From Candidatus Doudnabacteria bacterium (GTDB lineage: Bacteria; Patescibacteriota; Doudnabacteria; UBA920), in NCBI GenBank assembly GCA_963837465.1, contig CAWINB010000004.1, positions 138,853 through 202,852 of the forward strand: a stretch of 64,000 nucleotides of DNA, given 5' to 3'. The position numbers were made by a program, and so were the translations under genes. Below the pieces are notes generated by a model. That model saw nothing but the letters and a program-made list of their open reading frames with translations. It searched no databases and had not been told where the DNA came from. The stretch's first letter is position 1, and each line of letters begins with the position of its first letter. Shown one piece after another: positions 47,531 to 57,669 of this stretch.

Positions 47531-48685
47531 TCAAAAACTATCCTTAATACTCTCCCAAAACCCATGGTCAACTTCCACGGTTTCGCCGCGTTCTTCGGCT
47601 AGTTGTTTTAGGAGGCCTTTTTCTTTTTTGGAAAGTTTTTTGGGGATGACGACGCGGGCGGTTATTAGGAGGTCGCCGCGGGATTTGGGGTTGTTGATAT
47701 TGGGTACACCTTTGCCTGACGCGCGCAAAACCGTGCCGGATTGGGTGCCGGCAGGAATTTTTAATTCAATATCGCCGTCTAAAGTTTTTACAATCGGCTT
47801 GGCTCCCAATGCCGCCTGGGTAAAGCTAATAGGTAATTCCTTAAGAAGATTCATTCCGTCGCGCGTAAATTCCCTGTGCGCGCGGACTTTAACAGCCAGG
47901 TATAAATCGCCGGGCCTGGAGCCGCGGTAGCCAGCTTCGCCTTCGCCCGTAACGCGTATCCTTTGCCCGTCATCAATGCCGGCCGGAATTTTTACCATAA
48001 TGGTTTTTTCCTGTCTTAGTACGCCGGAGCCGTTGCAGGTATGGCAGGGACTTTCCGGAATTTTACCCATGCCGTTGCAGCGGTCGCAGGTGGTGGCCGA
48101 GGCGATGTTGCCAAAAATAGTCCGGCGCTGGGTGCGGATTTGCCCCTGGCCGTGGCACTTGGGGCAGGTCACTATTTTTGTCCCGGGTTCGGCGCCGGAG
48201 CCGGAGCAGGTTTTACAGACATCCTGTTTTTCCAGGGTCAGATTTTTTTCCACGCCAAATACGGCCTCCTCAAATTCTATAGTGATACCCATTTCCAAAT
48301 CCACGCCATGGTTAACACGCTGGCCCCGCTCCTGGCGGCCGCCAAAAATATCGCCAAAAATATCGCCCAAATCGAACTCCACGCCTTGGCCGAAATCGCC
48401 GCCAAAAGGATTGCCGCCAAAACCTGCGCCTGCCCCCGGAGCGCCCTGATAGCCGCCGCCGTTCCTGGCGGCTTGATCAAAGGTCTGGCCGTACTGGTCG
48501 TACTGCTGCCTTTTGGCGCTGTCGGACAGCACCTGGTAAGCTTCGTTGATTTCCTTGAATTTTTCCGCGTTGCCGCTGTCTTTATCCGGATGGTGTTCGT
48601 GGGCTTTTTTGCGGTAAGCCCGCTTGATTTCTTCGGCGGAAGCGGATTTGGAAATTCCTAAAATATCGTAGTAGTTGCTGGCCAT
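47531..48685 (-). CDS. dnaJ: Chaperone DnaJ
   Basis: HPD, four CxxCxGxG repeats. Confidence 0.98.
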   Translation of the reverse strand: MASNYYDILGISKSASAEEIKRAYRKKAHEHHPDKDSGNAEKFKEINEAYQVLSDSAKRQQYDQYGQTFDQAARNGGGYQGAPGAGAGFGGNPFGGDFGQGVEFDLGDIFGDIFGGRQERGQRVNHGVDLEMGITIEFEEAVFGVEKNLTLEKQDVCKTCSGSGAEPGTKIVTCPKCHGQGQIRTQRRTIFGNIASATTCDRCNGMGKIPESPCHTCNGSGVLRQEKTIMVKIPAGIDDGQRIRVTGEGEAGYRGSRPGDLYLAVKVRAHREFTRDGMNLLKELPISFTQAALGAKPIVKTLDGDIELKIPAGTQSGTVLRASGKGVPNINNPKSRGDLLITARVVIPKKLSKKEKGLLKQLAEERGETVEVDHGFWESIKDSF

Positions 48686-48689
48686 AATA

Positions 48690-48752
48690 GTAGCGTTTAG
48701 TGATTAGCGTATAGGGTTTAGTACTAGACGCTAATCACTAAACGCTAAACGT
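48690..48752. repeat. Inverted heptamer array
   Basis: tagcgtttagtgattagcgt...acgctaatcactaaacgcta; related run at 63965-64000. Confidence 0.7.
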
Positions 48753-48759
48753 TTATCTT

Positions 48760-49059
48760 TTATTCCATCTTAAACCCAATTTTCTGGTCCGATACTATGG
48801 CCAGGCTTATGGTGCCGAACTCATCCTCGTATTTATTAAGGTTGTCTTCCATGGCTTTGGTCAGGCGCTTGAAGTGTGACGGGGAAACAATCACCCGCGC
48901 GGCAACGGTGCCTCCGGGCGGAAACAAATTCATAAAATCCAAAACAAATTCTTCGGCCGTGTGGCCGACCTGAGCCATATTGGCGTAAACCCCTTTTAGG
49001 GTTTCGTCGGAAATTTTTACCTGCATTGGCTGCTGCGGCTGATTGTTTTGAGGGTTCAT
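48760..49059 (-). CDS. DUF3467 family protein
   Basis: GVYAN...HTAEEFVLDF...ARVIVSP.HFKRL. Confidence 0.88.
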   Translation of the reverse strand: MNPQNNQPQQPMQVKISDETLKGVYANMAQVGHTAEEFVLDFMNLFPPGGTVAARVIVSPSHFKRLTKAMEDNLNKYEDEFGTISLAIVSDQKIGFKME

Positions 49060-49073
49060 AAAATATGTTCTGA

Positions 49074-49811
49074 TTAATATTTTAATTTTAAATTTTGGAT
49101 TTGGCTCTGTTCGGCCGGACAAAAATCCTGGGGTACGCTCTGTCCAACCGCTTCAAATGGCTGACCGTTTACTCCCACCGTACTGTCCATAACGCAACTT
49201 GGGTCGGTGTCGGCGCTTAAGCCGATTTGCTTTCCAAACCCCCGCAACATCCCGGCAAGCAGATAATTATCCGAATACTGGGGATAGTTTTGCGTAAATT
49301 GCTGGTTGGCGTTTAGAGACAGGACGATAGTTGATTCTTCGTAAGTGGTAAACTGTTCCTGCTGGGCCCTTGGTTGATAGTCGTCGGCGAATACCAGGTA
49401 CAAAACGCTGTCCCCCGAAGGTTTTTGCAGGCTCCTGAACACCAAATTGTTTAAGTCTTGAAGCTGAACAGTGCCGGTGGATACGGCTCCTCCAAAAAAA
49501 ACCTGGGTCTGCCTGCCGGTATATTTGCCGACTAAGTCGGCGAAACTTTGTATGGTAGTGGTGTCTACGTTATCGGTTTGCGGCTCCAGCCATTCAATAA
49601 CCAGAGGGCTTGGATTGCCCAGGTATTCGCCGCGCGCGTCGCCGGTGTTATGCAGGCCTATGATGGTGCGCAAGAAAGGGTGCTGCCCTAAATCGTAGCG
49701 GGTGGTTTGGTTAAAGCCGCTGTCCGGGTCCCCCGCAGCCTCGTATTTTAAGTACAAAAAAGTACCCAAAAGCAGAATTATGATTATAAAAAACAGGCTT
49801 TTAAAAGACAT
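49074..49811 (-). CDS. Membrane-anchored hypothetical protein, degenerate metzincin-like
   Basis: N-terminal TM; RGFGKQIGL...CVM and FC motifs. Confidence 0.7.
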   Translation of the reverse strand: MSFKSLFFIIIILLLGTFLYLKYEAAGDPDSGFNQTTRYDLGQHPFLRTIIGLHNTGDARGEYLGNPSPLVIEWLEPQTDNVDTTTIQSFADLVGKYTGRQTQVFFGGAVSTGTVQLQDLNNLVFRSLQKPSGDSVLYLVFADDYQPRAQQEQFTTYEESTIVLSLNANQQFTQNYPQYSDNYLLAGMLRGFGKQIGLSADTDPSCVMDSTVGVNGQPFEAVGQSVPQDFCPAEQSQIQNLKLKY

Positions 49812-49873
49812 AAATACTAATGAGCAAAAATGACAAAATTGACATAAATGAACAAAAATAATCGCACTTTAGT

Positions 49874-51770
49874 TTACGTCGTTTTATCGCTATCCTTTAC
49901 TTCCTTGAATTCCGCGTCTACCGGTCCTTGGTTGCCGGGATTTGGCCCGCTTGCTTGATTTTGGTCCGCTCCGACATTCTGATTACTCTGATTCTCCGAT
50001 TTCCCGGATTCATACATCGCGGCCCCCACTTTTTGCACGGCTTCGCTTAAAGCGTCCAAAGCTTTTTTTATGCCGTCCAAATCGTCTTTATCTTTTACAT
50101 CTTTAAGCGCCTTAATTTTTTCCTCAAGCGCGGTTTTGTCTTCGGGCTTGGCTTTGCCTTCGGCGTCTTTTAAAGTTTTTTCGGAAACGGAAATTAAAGT
50201 ATCGGCCTGGTTTCTCGTATCCACGGTTTCTTTGCGCTTGCGGTCTTCTTCGGCGTGGGTTTCCGCTTCTTTTTTCATGCGTTCCACATCTTCCTTGGAC
50301 AAATTGGAAGAGCCCTGAATGGTAATTTTTTGCTCCTTGCCGCTGGCTTTGTCTTTGGCTTTAACTGTTAAAATGCCGTTGGCGTCTATATCAAACGTCA
50401 CTTCCACCTGCGGCACGCCCCTGGGAGCCGGCGGCAGGCCGTCCAGAATAAAGTTGCCCAAAGATTTATTGTCTTTGGCGAATTCGCGCTCGCCCTGCAG
50501 CACGTGGATTTCCACCGAGGTTTGGTTGTCTCCGGCCGTGGAAAAGACCTGGCTTTTGGAGGCCGGTATGGTGGTGTTCCTGTCTATTAAAGGTGTCCTT
50601 ACGCCGCCCAAAGTTTCCAGGCCTAAAGTCAAAGGCGTAACGTCCAAAAGCAAAATTTCCTTGCCGCCGGCTTCGCCGCTTAACACGCCGGCCTGCACGG
50701 CCGCGCCTTTGGCCACGGCCTCCATCGGGTCAATGCCGCCTTCCACCTGTTTGCCAATGTAGGTTTCCACGAACTGTTTTACGGCCGGCATACGGGTTGG
50801 GCCGCCGATTAAAATAATTTTGTTGATGTCCCGCGGAGTCAGCTTGGCGTCATTAAGCGCCTGCTCCACTGGTTTTCTCATCCGTTCCACAATCGGCTTA
50901 ACCAGTTCTTCCAGCTTGGAGCGGGTAATTTTTATCTGCAGAATGCTTTGGTCCGCTGGCATCGGCGGTAATAAACGGCAGATTGATGTCGGTTTCCATT
51001 GTCGTGGACAGTTCTATCTTGGCTTTTTCCGCGGCTTCGCGCACGCGGTTCATGGCCATTTTGTCGGAGGAGATGTCCACCCCGCTGCTGGCTTTAAAAT
51101 CGCCCACAATGTAATTAATCAAAGCCGTGTCCATGTCTTTTCCGCCCAAAGCCGTATCGCCGGAAGTGGATTTGACTTCAAAGGTGGCCTGGTTGTCCAC
51201 TTCGGAAAAATCCATAATGGTTACGTCCAAAGTTCCGCCGCCCAAATCAAACACCAGGATTTTTTGGTCTTTGGACGAAGACTTGTCCAGGCCGTAGGCA
51301 AAGGCCGCGGCCGTGGGTTCGTTAATGACGCGCACCACTTCCAAACCCGCTATCTCGCCGGCGTTTTTGGTGGCCTGTCTTTGTGAGTCGTCAAAATAAG
51401 CCGGGACTGTAATAACCGCTTTTGAAACCGGGCCGCCCAAAAATGTTTCCGCGTCCTTTTTGATTTTTTGGAGGATGAAAGCGGAAATCTGTTCAGGCGA
51501 ATACTCCTTGCCATTGATGTTATAGCGGAAATTCGTGCCCATCTTTCTTTTTGCTTCAAAAATAGTGCCTTCCGGATTGGTTACTGCCTGTCTTCTGGCA
51601 GGCTCGCCAACCAAAAGCTGACCTTCCTTGGTAAAAGCCACATAAGACGGAAAAGCCTTCCCGCCCAAACTCGCGCCCTCCGCCGCCGGAATAATAGTCG
51701 CCTTCCCGCCCTCCATAACCGCCGCGGCGCTGTTAGATGTCCCTAAATCTATCCCTATAATTTTTGCCAT
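49874..51770 (-). CDS. dnaK: Chaperone DnaK (apparent +1 frameshift at ~50942)
   Basis: [22 protein letters not shown]; GPKH|LQIKITR junction has one extra base. Confidence 0.95.
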
Positions 51771-51796
51771 AAATGTTCTCCTTGTTCCCCGTAGTA

Positions 51797-51830
51797 CTCC
51801 TCTCCCTTGAAGGGAGAGGTTAGGTGAGGG
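51797..51830. repeat. ccctcacc..cctctccc-type REP-like palindrome
   Basis: cctctcccttgaagggagaggttaggtgaggg. Confidence 0.6.
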
Positions 51831-51852
51831 TGCTTTGAATTAATCTTACGAT

Positions 51853-52353
51853 TTAAACACTTTTTTTAAAAACCGGTGAAGCCCAAGCATAATCAACAAA
51901 TAACACTGCGCTAATGTTTGGATTAATAGTTTTTAACTCTTGGCTGATTTTTTGGTAATTCTTCAATCGGTACCTATTCCTAAAAGCAACAAATTCTTGG
52001 CCGTCGGCTGTCACAGCAAGTCCGTAGCTATTACTTGATGCAGACTCGGGCTGGTATTGCCGCATGCTTTGCGCGCTATTAATATTCAGAGCCCATACTT
52101 TTTTAAAATTTTGGTAAAATGATAATTCCGATCCATTCAATTCCAAGTATGAAGCGTGGGCTACGGTTAAATAAACTGGTAAATAAATTAACAATGCTAA
52201 TATAATTAAAACCCAAATTGGGATAGTCGAGAGCAAATTAAGACTGTCAGCCGCTAAAAATAAGATGCCAAATACAATTAAAGCTGTAGCGTGGATGCCT
52301 CCGATACTTGCAGGATATTGTCCGCCAGATCTTTTAAAGAAAAATTTTTGCAT
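51853..52353 (-). CDS. Hypothetical membrane protein
   Basis: Two TM plus PH-like tail; low GC. Confidence 0.7.
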   Translation of the reverse strand: MQKFFFKRSGGQYPASIGGIHATALIVFGILFLAADSLNLLSTIPIWVLIILALLIYLPVYLTVAHASYLELNGSELSFYQNFKKVWALNINSAQSMRQYQPESASSNSYGLAVTADGQEFVAFRNRYRLKNYQKISQELKTINPNISAVLFVDYAWASPVFKKSV

Positions 52354-52357
52354 GGTA

Positions 52358-53194
52358 TTAATTTAATTTTTTAATTTCCCTCCTCGGTAAAAAATTCTGT
52401 CCGCTTACGACTTTTTTCCCGGTCTGTTGTTCTAAGGCTTTGCGGGCATTGCCGGAAATGCGGCCGCCTTTTTGGGCGGCGATGGCGTTTGGTGTGTAGC
52501 CTTTGGCTTGGTCGGTTTGGGCAATTTGCCTTGTGGAGAGTTCGGCGAGCGATGTAAATATCAGTTCCGCGTCTGTCATGTTGTCCCGCAGGTTGTGCTG
52601 TTTTAAACCTTTTAGTTTTTTATGCTGGCCGGTGGTCAGGCCGCTCCACTCCATATGGATTATGTCCGTCAGGCTGGCGTATTCCTGTCCTTCTTTTACC
52701 CCGGCTTCGCTCCAATAGTCCGTCAGCTTGTTTCTTATTTCCTGACCGCGCATCCGCATCTCAATCCACTTAGCCGATCTTCCCGCAGCGAGCCAGTGTT
52801 TGCGCGCGCGGTTTACGGCCAATTCGGGATTCACGGTTTCCTGTATTCGCTCGTAACCAACTTTAGCCAGCCATGTTTTAAAAGGTTCGGCTTTGGGGGA
52901 TGGAATGCTTTGAATAATTCGTAAAACGGACTCGGTATCCCCCATGTCCGTTGGTCGTTTTTTGCCGTCTTCGGCTATAATTTTCAACTGTACGATTTTT
53001 TCGTACAGTTCACTTCCCTCTTGCTTAAGCTTAATTTTAAGATCAGACCAATATCTTCTGGGAATAGAACTGTCTGTTAAAATCGCGACAATGTCAACTA
53101 CGCTAAAAAACCACTTTTCTTGTTTTCCATCCCAAACCCGCCGTACCGGCGCGTCTTGAAAATTTATTATGGATTTTGGGTCTTGGTTTGGCAT
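52358..53194 (-). CDS. Bro-N domain protein
   Basis: VRRVWD..WFFSVVD, IIQSIPSPKAEPFK.WLA, NLRDNMT. Confidence 0.9.
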   Translation of the reverse strand: MPNQDPKSIINFQDAPVRRVWDGKQEKWFFSVVDIVAILTDSSIPRRYWSDLKIKLKQEGSELYEKIVQLKIIAEDGKKRPTDMGDTESVLRIIQSIPSPKAEPFKTWLAKVGYERIQETVNPELAVNRARKHWLAAGRSAKWIEMRMRGQEIRNKLTDYWSEAGVKEGQEYASLTDIIHMEWSGLTTGQHKKLKGLKQHNLRDNMTDAELIFTSLAELSTRQIAQTDQAKGYTPNAIAAQKGGRISGNARKALEQQTGKKVVSGQNFLPRREIKKLN

Positions 53195-53206
53195 AAATCT
53201 ATTTTT

Positions 53207-53283
53207 CTGGATCCCGGATATTTTTACAGCCCTTCCGCCTTCGCTAAAGCTACGGCGGATGCGCCGGAAAATTCCGGGATGGG
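53207..53283. repeat. Composite REP-like element
   Basis: tctggatcccgga...tccgccttcgctaaagctacggcgga...tccgggatgg. Confidence 0.75.
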
Positions 53284-53347
53284 AGTTGTGCCGTAGTTTA
53301 CCGATAAATCCAGCTTCACCAAAGTTTCGTCTGACACGGTCGGCGCG

Positions 53348-53884
53348 CTAGACTTGGGATTTTTTGCTGATAACCACCTGGCTTGGCCGGATAACTTTCC
53401 CATTTAACTCAAATCCTGTTTGCATTTCATCAACAATAATTCCATTATCTTTATCCGATTCAGCTTCCCGCACGGCTTCATGGAAGTGGGGGTTGAATTT
53501 TTGGCCAAGGGCGCTGATTTTTTTTACGCCCAGTTCCTCCAGAGCTTTGTCCAGCTGCATGACAATTCCGTTCACGCCATTTTGCCAGTTTTTATATTTA
53601 TCAAAAAATTCCGGTTGGGTCGTTTTTAATTCGTCATTAGCCGGCGGTTGATGTTTTAGCGCCTGCTCCAAACTATCCAGCGTCGGCAGCAGCTTTGCCA
53701 CCGTGACTTCGCGCGCAAAGTCCACCAGTTCCTTATTTTCCCCTTCCTTGCGGCGTTTGTAATTTTCAAAATCCGCGGCGGTTCTTTTCCAGCCGTCCAG
53801 GTTTGTCTGCGCCTGGACTATGGCTTCCTCAAGTTCTTTTTGCAGCTGGTCTATGTTAGTTACGTTGCGCTGGTCGTCATCCAT
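53348..53884 (-). CDS. grpE: Nucleotide exchange factor GrpE
   Basis: ADFENYKRR, FNPHFHEA, RPSQV. Confidence 0.97.
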   Translation of the reverse strand: MDDDQRNVTNIDQLQKELEEAIVQAQTNLDGWKRTAADFENYKRRKEGENKELVDFAREVTVAKLLPTLDSLEQALKHQPPANDELKTTQPEFFDKYKNWQNGVNGIVMQLDKALEELGVKKISALGQKFNPHFHEAVREAESDKDNGIIVDEMQTGFELNGKVIRPSQVVISKKSQV

Positions 53885-53887
53885 AAA

Positions 53888-54643
53888 TTATTTAATCAAG
53901 TGCACCATTAAAATTAAAGCGCCGCCGCCCAAGAGTTTGGCAATATACTCCATCAGGCTGAGGTTTTTTTCGTACTTCATGCTCTTGGGGCCAATTAGGC
54001 CGATAACGCCTTTCTTGCCGGAAGGAAGCCGCAGGCCTGAGACTATCATGGAGTAATCCGATTTTTTACTGAGCTGGATTTCCTTGCCTATCATGGTCGC
54101 GGTGCCGCCGCCGGCATAGTCGCCGATCATTTTTTCCGCGTACTGGTCTATGTTGTCAAAAAACTGGGCAATCTCTTTGGCGTCTTCGGCAGGCAGGGCG
54201 GGATTGGAAAGCAGATTGGAAATGCCGACCGTGGAGACTTCTTCGGGAAACAGGGCGAACGACGCCTGCTGGGAATGTTCGGACAGCAGTTTGGCCAGCC
54301 GGCGGCTGACTTCGGCGTTGGCCAGCTGCAGCTTCATCAGTTCGGTTTTCAGCCTGTCCTGTTCTTTTAAAGTTAGCTTAACCCGGTCCATTAACTGATT
54401 TACAAAATAGCGGAAACCTTTGTCCGTGGGCACGCGTCCGGATGAAGTATGTGGTTGCTGGATATAGCCCATTTTTTCCAGAGCCTGCATTTCGTTCCGG
54501 ATGGTCGGGCTGGAAATATTAAAACTGTATTTCCCGGCCAAATCCCCGCTGGCCACAGGCTGGCCGTTTTCGCAATTTTCCTTAACGATAGCCGCTAAAA
54601 TCTTAGCCTGTCTGGATGTAATTTGAGCTTCCTGGTCGTTCAT
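53888..54643 (-). CDS. hrcA: Heat-inducible repressor HrcA (short form)
   Basis: SSPTIRNEM, QPHTSSGRVPTDKGFRY, IGPKSM.Y. Confidence 0.95.
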   Translation of the reverse strand: MNDQEAQITSRQAKILAAIVKENCENGQPVASGDLAGKYSFNISSPTIRNEMQALEKMGYIQQPHTSSGRVPTDKGFRYFVNQLMDRVKLTLKEQDRLKTELMKLQLANAEVSRRLAKLLSEHSQQASFALFPEEVSTVGISNLLSNPALPAEDAKEIAQFFDNIDQYAEKMIGDYAGGGTATMIGKEIQLSKKSDYSMIVSGLRLPSGKKGVIGLIGPKSMKYEKNLSLMEYIAKLLGGGALILMVHLIK

Positions 54644-54700
54644 AAGCAAAAGGCACTTTTATTAAACAAGCTCTTAGGCAACCTTAAATTTATGATACTA

Positions 54701-54727
54701 TTATCACTCAGGCGTGTCAAGTGATAA
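54701..54727. promoter_or_regulatory. Variant CIRCE operator overlapping hrcA -35
   Basis: TTATCACTC-N9-AAGTGATAA; minus-strand TTGACA-17-TATCAT. Confidence 0.8.
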
Positions 54728-54767
54728 TTAAATCAAATTAGAACCTGTTTTTTATGGTGGTTTAGTT

Positions 54768-55517
54768 TTATTTTATTTCGTAAGTCGTCGAAACAGAAGC
54801 CGTTACTTCTTGTGGATTTATAGCCATATCAGGGATGGCTACGTTAACACAGCCGTCCTCTTTCGGTGAGTAAGTTTCATCGCTGTCATCCGTAATTCCC
54901 ACCAATGGCCCCAGTTTAAAGCCTCCCAAATTCGCAAGCTGCTGGGCCTGAGCCTGAGCTTTTTGTAGGGCTTGCCGCAAGGCTGGCTTTAAGACTGCGT
55001 CTATATTTTGGAAGGTTAAACAGCTTTGAGTGGATTCGTTCGGCACCAAACCTTGCTTAGCCGCCCCGTTAAAAATCGCGTTGATTTTTTGGGACAAATC
55101 ATTACCGTCACTTACTTTAACGGTCAGGTCTTCGCTGCCGGTAAAGCCGGTCTCGTCCCCTTCGCCGGGAGGGGTAAAGGTTTGGCTGTTTACCGTTATG
55201 TTGCCCGGATTTATTCCTTGTGTGGATAACAATCGCGAAAAAGTTTGGAGACTTTTGTTTAGGTCGGTCTCGGCGCCGGTGTAATCGGAATCCCGCGAGC
55301 TGATTGTAAATTGCAGGTAAGCCAGGTCGGGCGTGGCCGTGATTTGAGCTTCTCCGTTGGCGTCAATTGTTTTTTGCGGCAGTGTGGCATGGCTAAAAGC
55401 CTCCACTGTATCATGGCCTTTAACCAGGACGGCAAAAATTAAGAATATTGCAAGCAAGCCCCCGACTGTAAAAGTCAGAATTTTAAAAGATTTATTACCG
55501 CACCAGTTGGATTCCAT
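54768..55517 (-). CDS. SIMPL (DUF541) domain protein
   Basis: GEA...TPDLA, A..KA..QAQQLA..G.KLG, VTASVSTTYEI. Confidence 0.85.
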   Translation of the reverse strand: MESNWCGNKSFKILTFTVGGLLAIFLIFAVLVKGHDTVEAFSHATLPQKTIDANGEAQITATPDLAYLQFTISSRDSDYTGAETDLNKSLQTFSRLLSTQGINPGNITVNSQTFTPPGEGDETGFTGSEDLTVKVSDGNDLSQKINAIFNGAAKQGLVPNESTQSCLTFQNIDAVLKPALRQALQKAQAQAQQLANLGGFKLGPLVGITDDSDETYSPKEDGCVNVAIPDMAINPQEVTASVSTTYEIK

Positions 55518-55528
55518 AAATTTATCTT

Positions 55529-55582
55529 AAAACCTGTTTTAAAAATACTTCGGGCCGCAATTTATTTTTTTAAACAGGTTTT
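55529..55582. mobile_element. Internally deleted family A remnant
   Basis: aaaacctgttt...gggccgcaattt...aaacaggtttt matches reverse complement of 6981-7016. Confidence 0.5.
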
Positions 55583-55792
55583 TAATAATAATCTTTTCAT
55601 AGTATAGCACTTAAATAAAAGGAGAAAATTATTAAGTTATAAACAAGTATTATTTTATATCTTGTGGATAATTGGTTATAAATAAGCCAAAAGCTAATAA
55701 ATATGGCTTATTGACATATAGTGAACGTTCGTTTTATTATCAGAGTAAGGATTAATATTTATGGAAAACAAAATAATTAACAAGGATCTAAA

Positions 55793-56974
55793 ATGAAATC
55801 AAAACATTTTTTATTCGTGGCGGTTTTAATGATTATTGTGCCCAATATATCCCAGGCGCAAATTGTCTATCATTCCCGGATTTGTTCTTTGGCAAAAAAA
55901 CCCGGATTGGCCAGCTGCAACGCCCATGTGGTTGTCAATGCCAAAGGTACTCCATTGGTAAACAAAACCCCGGCCGGTTTTTCCCCGGCTGATTTGCGTT
56001 CCGCTTATAATTTAAGCGGTCGCGCCTCCGACAAAGAAGTTGTGGGTATTGTTGATGCTTACGATGACCCGACAATCAAAAACGATTTGGATGTTTACAG
56101 CCGCCAGTTTAATTTGCCGATTCTGCCGTTTTGCGCGATCGGCGCGGCAAAACCCGGTGTTCCCTGCCTGCAAAAAATTAACCAAAGCGGAGGCGTTGCC
56201 TTACCCGAGCCCAACAGCGCCTGGGCAGTGGAAATTTCTCTCGACGTGGAGGCGGTGCATGCTTTATGCGGAAATTGTTCGATTATTTTAGCCGAAGCGG
56301 TTTCGCCGAATATGAAAAATTTAACCGCAGCGGTGGACGCGGCGGTTAAAGCCGGGGCTAATGTAGTCTCCGGTTCCTATGGCGGCCCGGAATTTTCCGG
56401 GGAAACGGCCTTTGATTCACATTTTAACCATCCCGGCGTTGCTTTTACCGTCAGTTCCGGCGACAGCGGCTATGGTGTTCAGTATCCCGCGGCTTCACCT
56501 TTTGTAACCGCGGTCGGCGGGACGTCTTTGTATATGAACGGGAGTAAATACGAGGACGAAAACGCCTGGAGCGGTTCCGGCAGCGGCTGCTCGCGGTTTG
56601 AACCCAAACCTTCCTGGCAAACAGACGTTCAGTGTTCCGGCCGCACCGTGGCGGATGTTTCCGCGGTTGCCGATCCGGCTACTGGCTTTGCCGTTTATAC
56701 CACAACCAGTCCCAAAGGACAAAAAGGATGGTTTGCCGTGGGTGGAACCAGCTTAAGTTCTCCGCTGATTGCCGCGGTCTATGCCTTATCCGGCAATATT
56801 CCAAACGGTCGGCAATCCAATTCGCTACCATATATTTTAGGATCCCGCTTTGACCTCCATGACGTGGTCGGCGGCAGTAATGGTATTTGCGGCCAGGCCT
56901 ATTTATGCAGCGGCAAAACCAAATACGATGGGCCAACCGGTTTGGGCAGCCCAAACGGAACCGGAGCGTTTTAA
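55793..56974 (+). CDS. Secreted S53/S8-family serine peptidase
   Basis: Signal peptide; EISLD, SSGDSG, GGTSLSSP. Confidence 0.88.
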   Translation: MKSKHFLFVAVLMIIVPNISQAQIVYHSRICSLAKKPGLASCNAHVVVNAKGTPLVNKTPAGFSPADLRSAYNLSGRASDKEVVGIVDAYDDPTIKNDLDVYSRQFNLPILPFCAIGAAKPGVPCLQKINQSGGVALPEPNSAWAVEISLDVEAVHALCGNCSIILAEAVSPNMKNLTAAVDAAVKAGANVVSGSYGGPEFSGETAFDSHFNHPGVAFTVSSGDSGYGVQYPAASPFVTAVGGTSLYMNGSKYEDENAWSGSGSGCSRFEPKPSWQTDVQCSGRTVADVSAVADPATGFAVYTTTSPKGQKGWFAVGGTSLSSPLIAAVYALSGNIPNGRQSNSLPYILGSRFDLHDVVGGSNGICGQAYLCSGKTKYDGPTGLGSPNGTGAF

Positions 56975-57013
56975 AATTGACACTAAAAAATAATTAAACT
57001 AAAATTAGAATCT

Positions 57014-57481
57014 ATGATAAAAAATAAAGATAAAAAAATTACATTATCTGGCTTAGGCAGGACTGTAGGCGGCTTACCCGCTACAGTAGGAAATTTGTCT
57101 ACTACCGTTGGGAGCTTATCTGCTACGGTAAGTAGTTTATCCTCCAAAGTGGATAAAATGGTTTCCGCCATGGAAACCGGTTTTAAGAAAGTAAATGAAA
57201 AAATGGACGGTGGCTTTAGCTCGGTCAGAAAAGAAATGGCTGAGGGTTTTGATAGAGCTGAAGAAAATTTTAATAAAGCCGAGGAAAATAGAGAATCTTT
57301 GGCCAGGATGGTTGCCGGCGGCTTTGAAAACGTAATTGGACGAATTGATAATTTAGAGCGGGGCCAGGAAAATATTAAGCTTAGCTTGGGTGGCTTGGCT
57401 CCCAAATTTGAAGTTACTCAAATTGAAAAACGCGTAAAGCACTTAGAACATAAAGCCGAAATTCCGCTACCTCAGCCATAA
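57014..57481 (+). CDS. Coiled-coil repeat hypothetical protein
   Basis: 7-aa (LxxTVxx) and 11-aa (MxxGF) repeats. Confidence 0.7.
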   Translation: MIKNKDKKITLSGLGRTVGGLPATVGNLSTTVGSLSATVSSLSSKVDKMVSAMETGFKKVNEKMDGGFSSVRKEMAEGFDRAEENFNKAEENRESLARMVAGGFENVIGRIDNLERGQENIKLSLGGLAPKFEVTQIEKRVKHLEHKAEIPLPQP

Positions 57482-57669
57482 AGGATTTTTAAAATAGGTT
57501 CCAGCAGATTTTTATATTCAGGATCCCTTTTAAAACCCGTCCCCCGATTTCGTCCGGGACGGTTTTTAAAATTCTCAGCATCCGCGATTCGGATGAGTTT
57601 TGTGTAAAGTAGACTTGACACAAGTTTTTTGCCGGGATATTATCAAGTTATAATTATTTTGCAATAAAA

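Noticed and set aside
55663-55671. Isolated perfect DnaA box as a second origin
   Set aside because: A single 9-mer far from dnaA; could be chance or merely regulatory.
57014-57481. DNA-level repeat element in the coiled-coil gene
   Set aside because: The periodicity is explained by 7- and 11-residue protein repeats with diverged codons.
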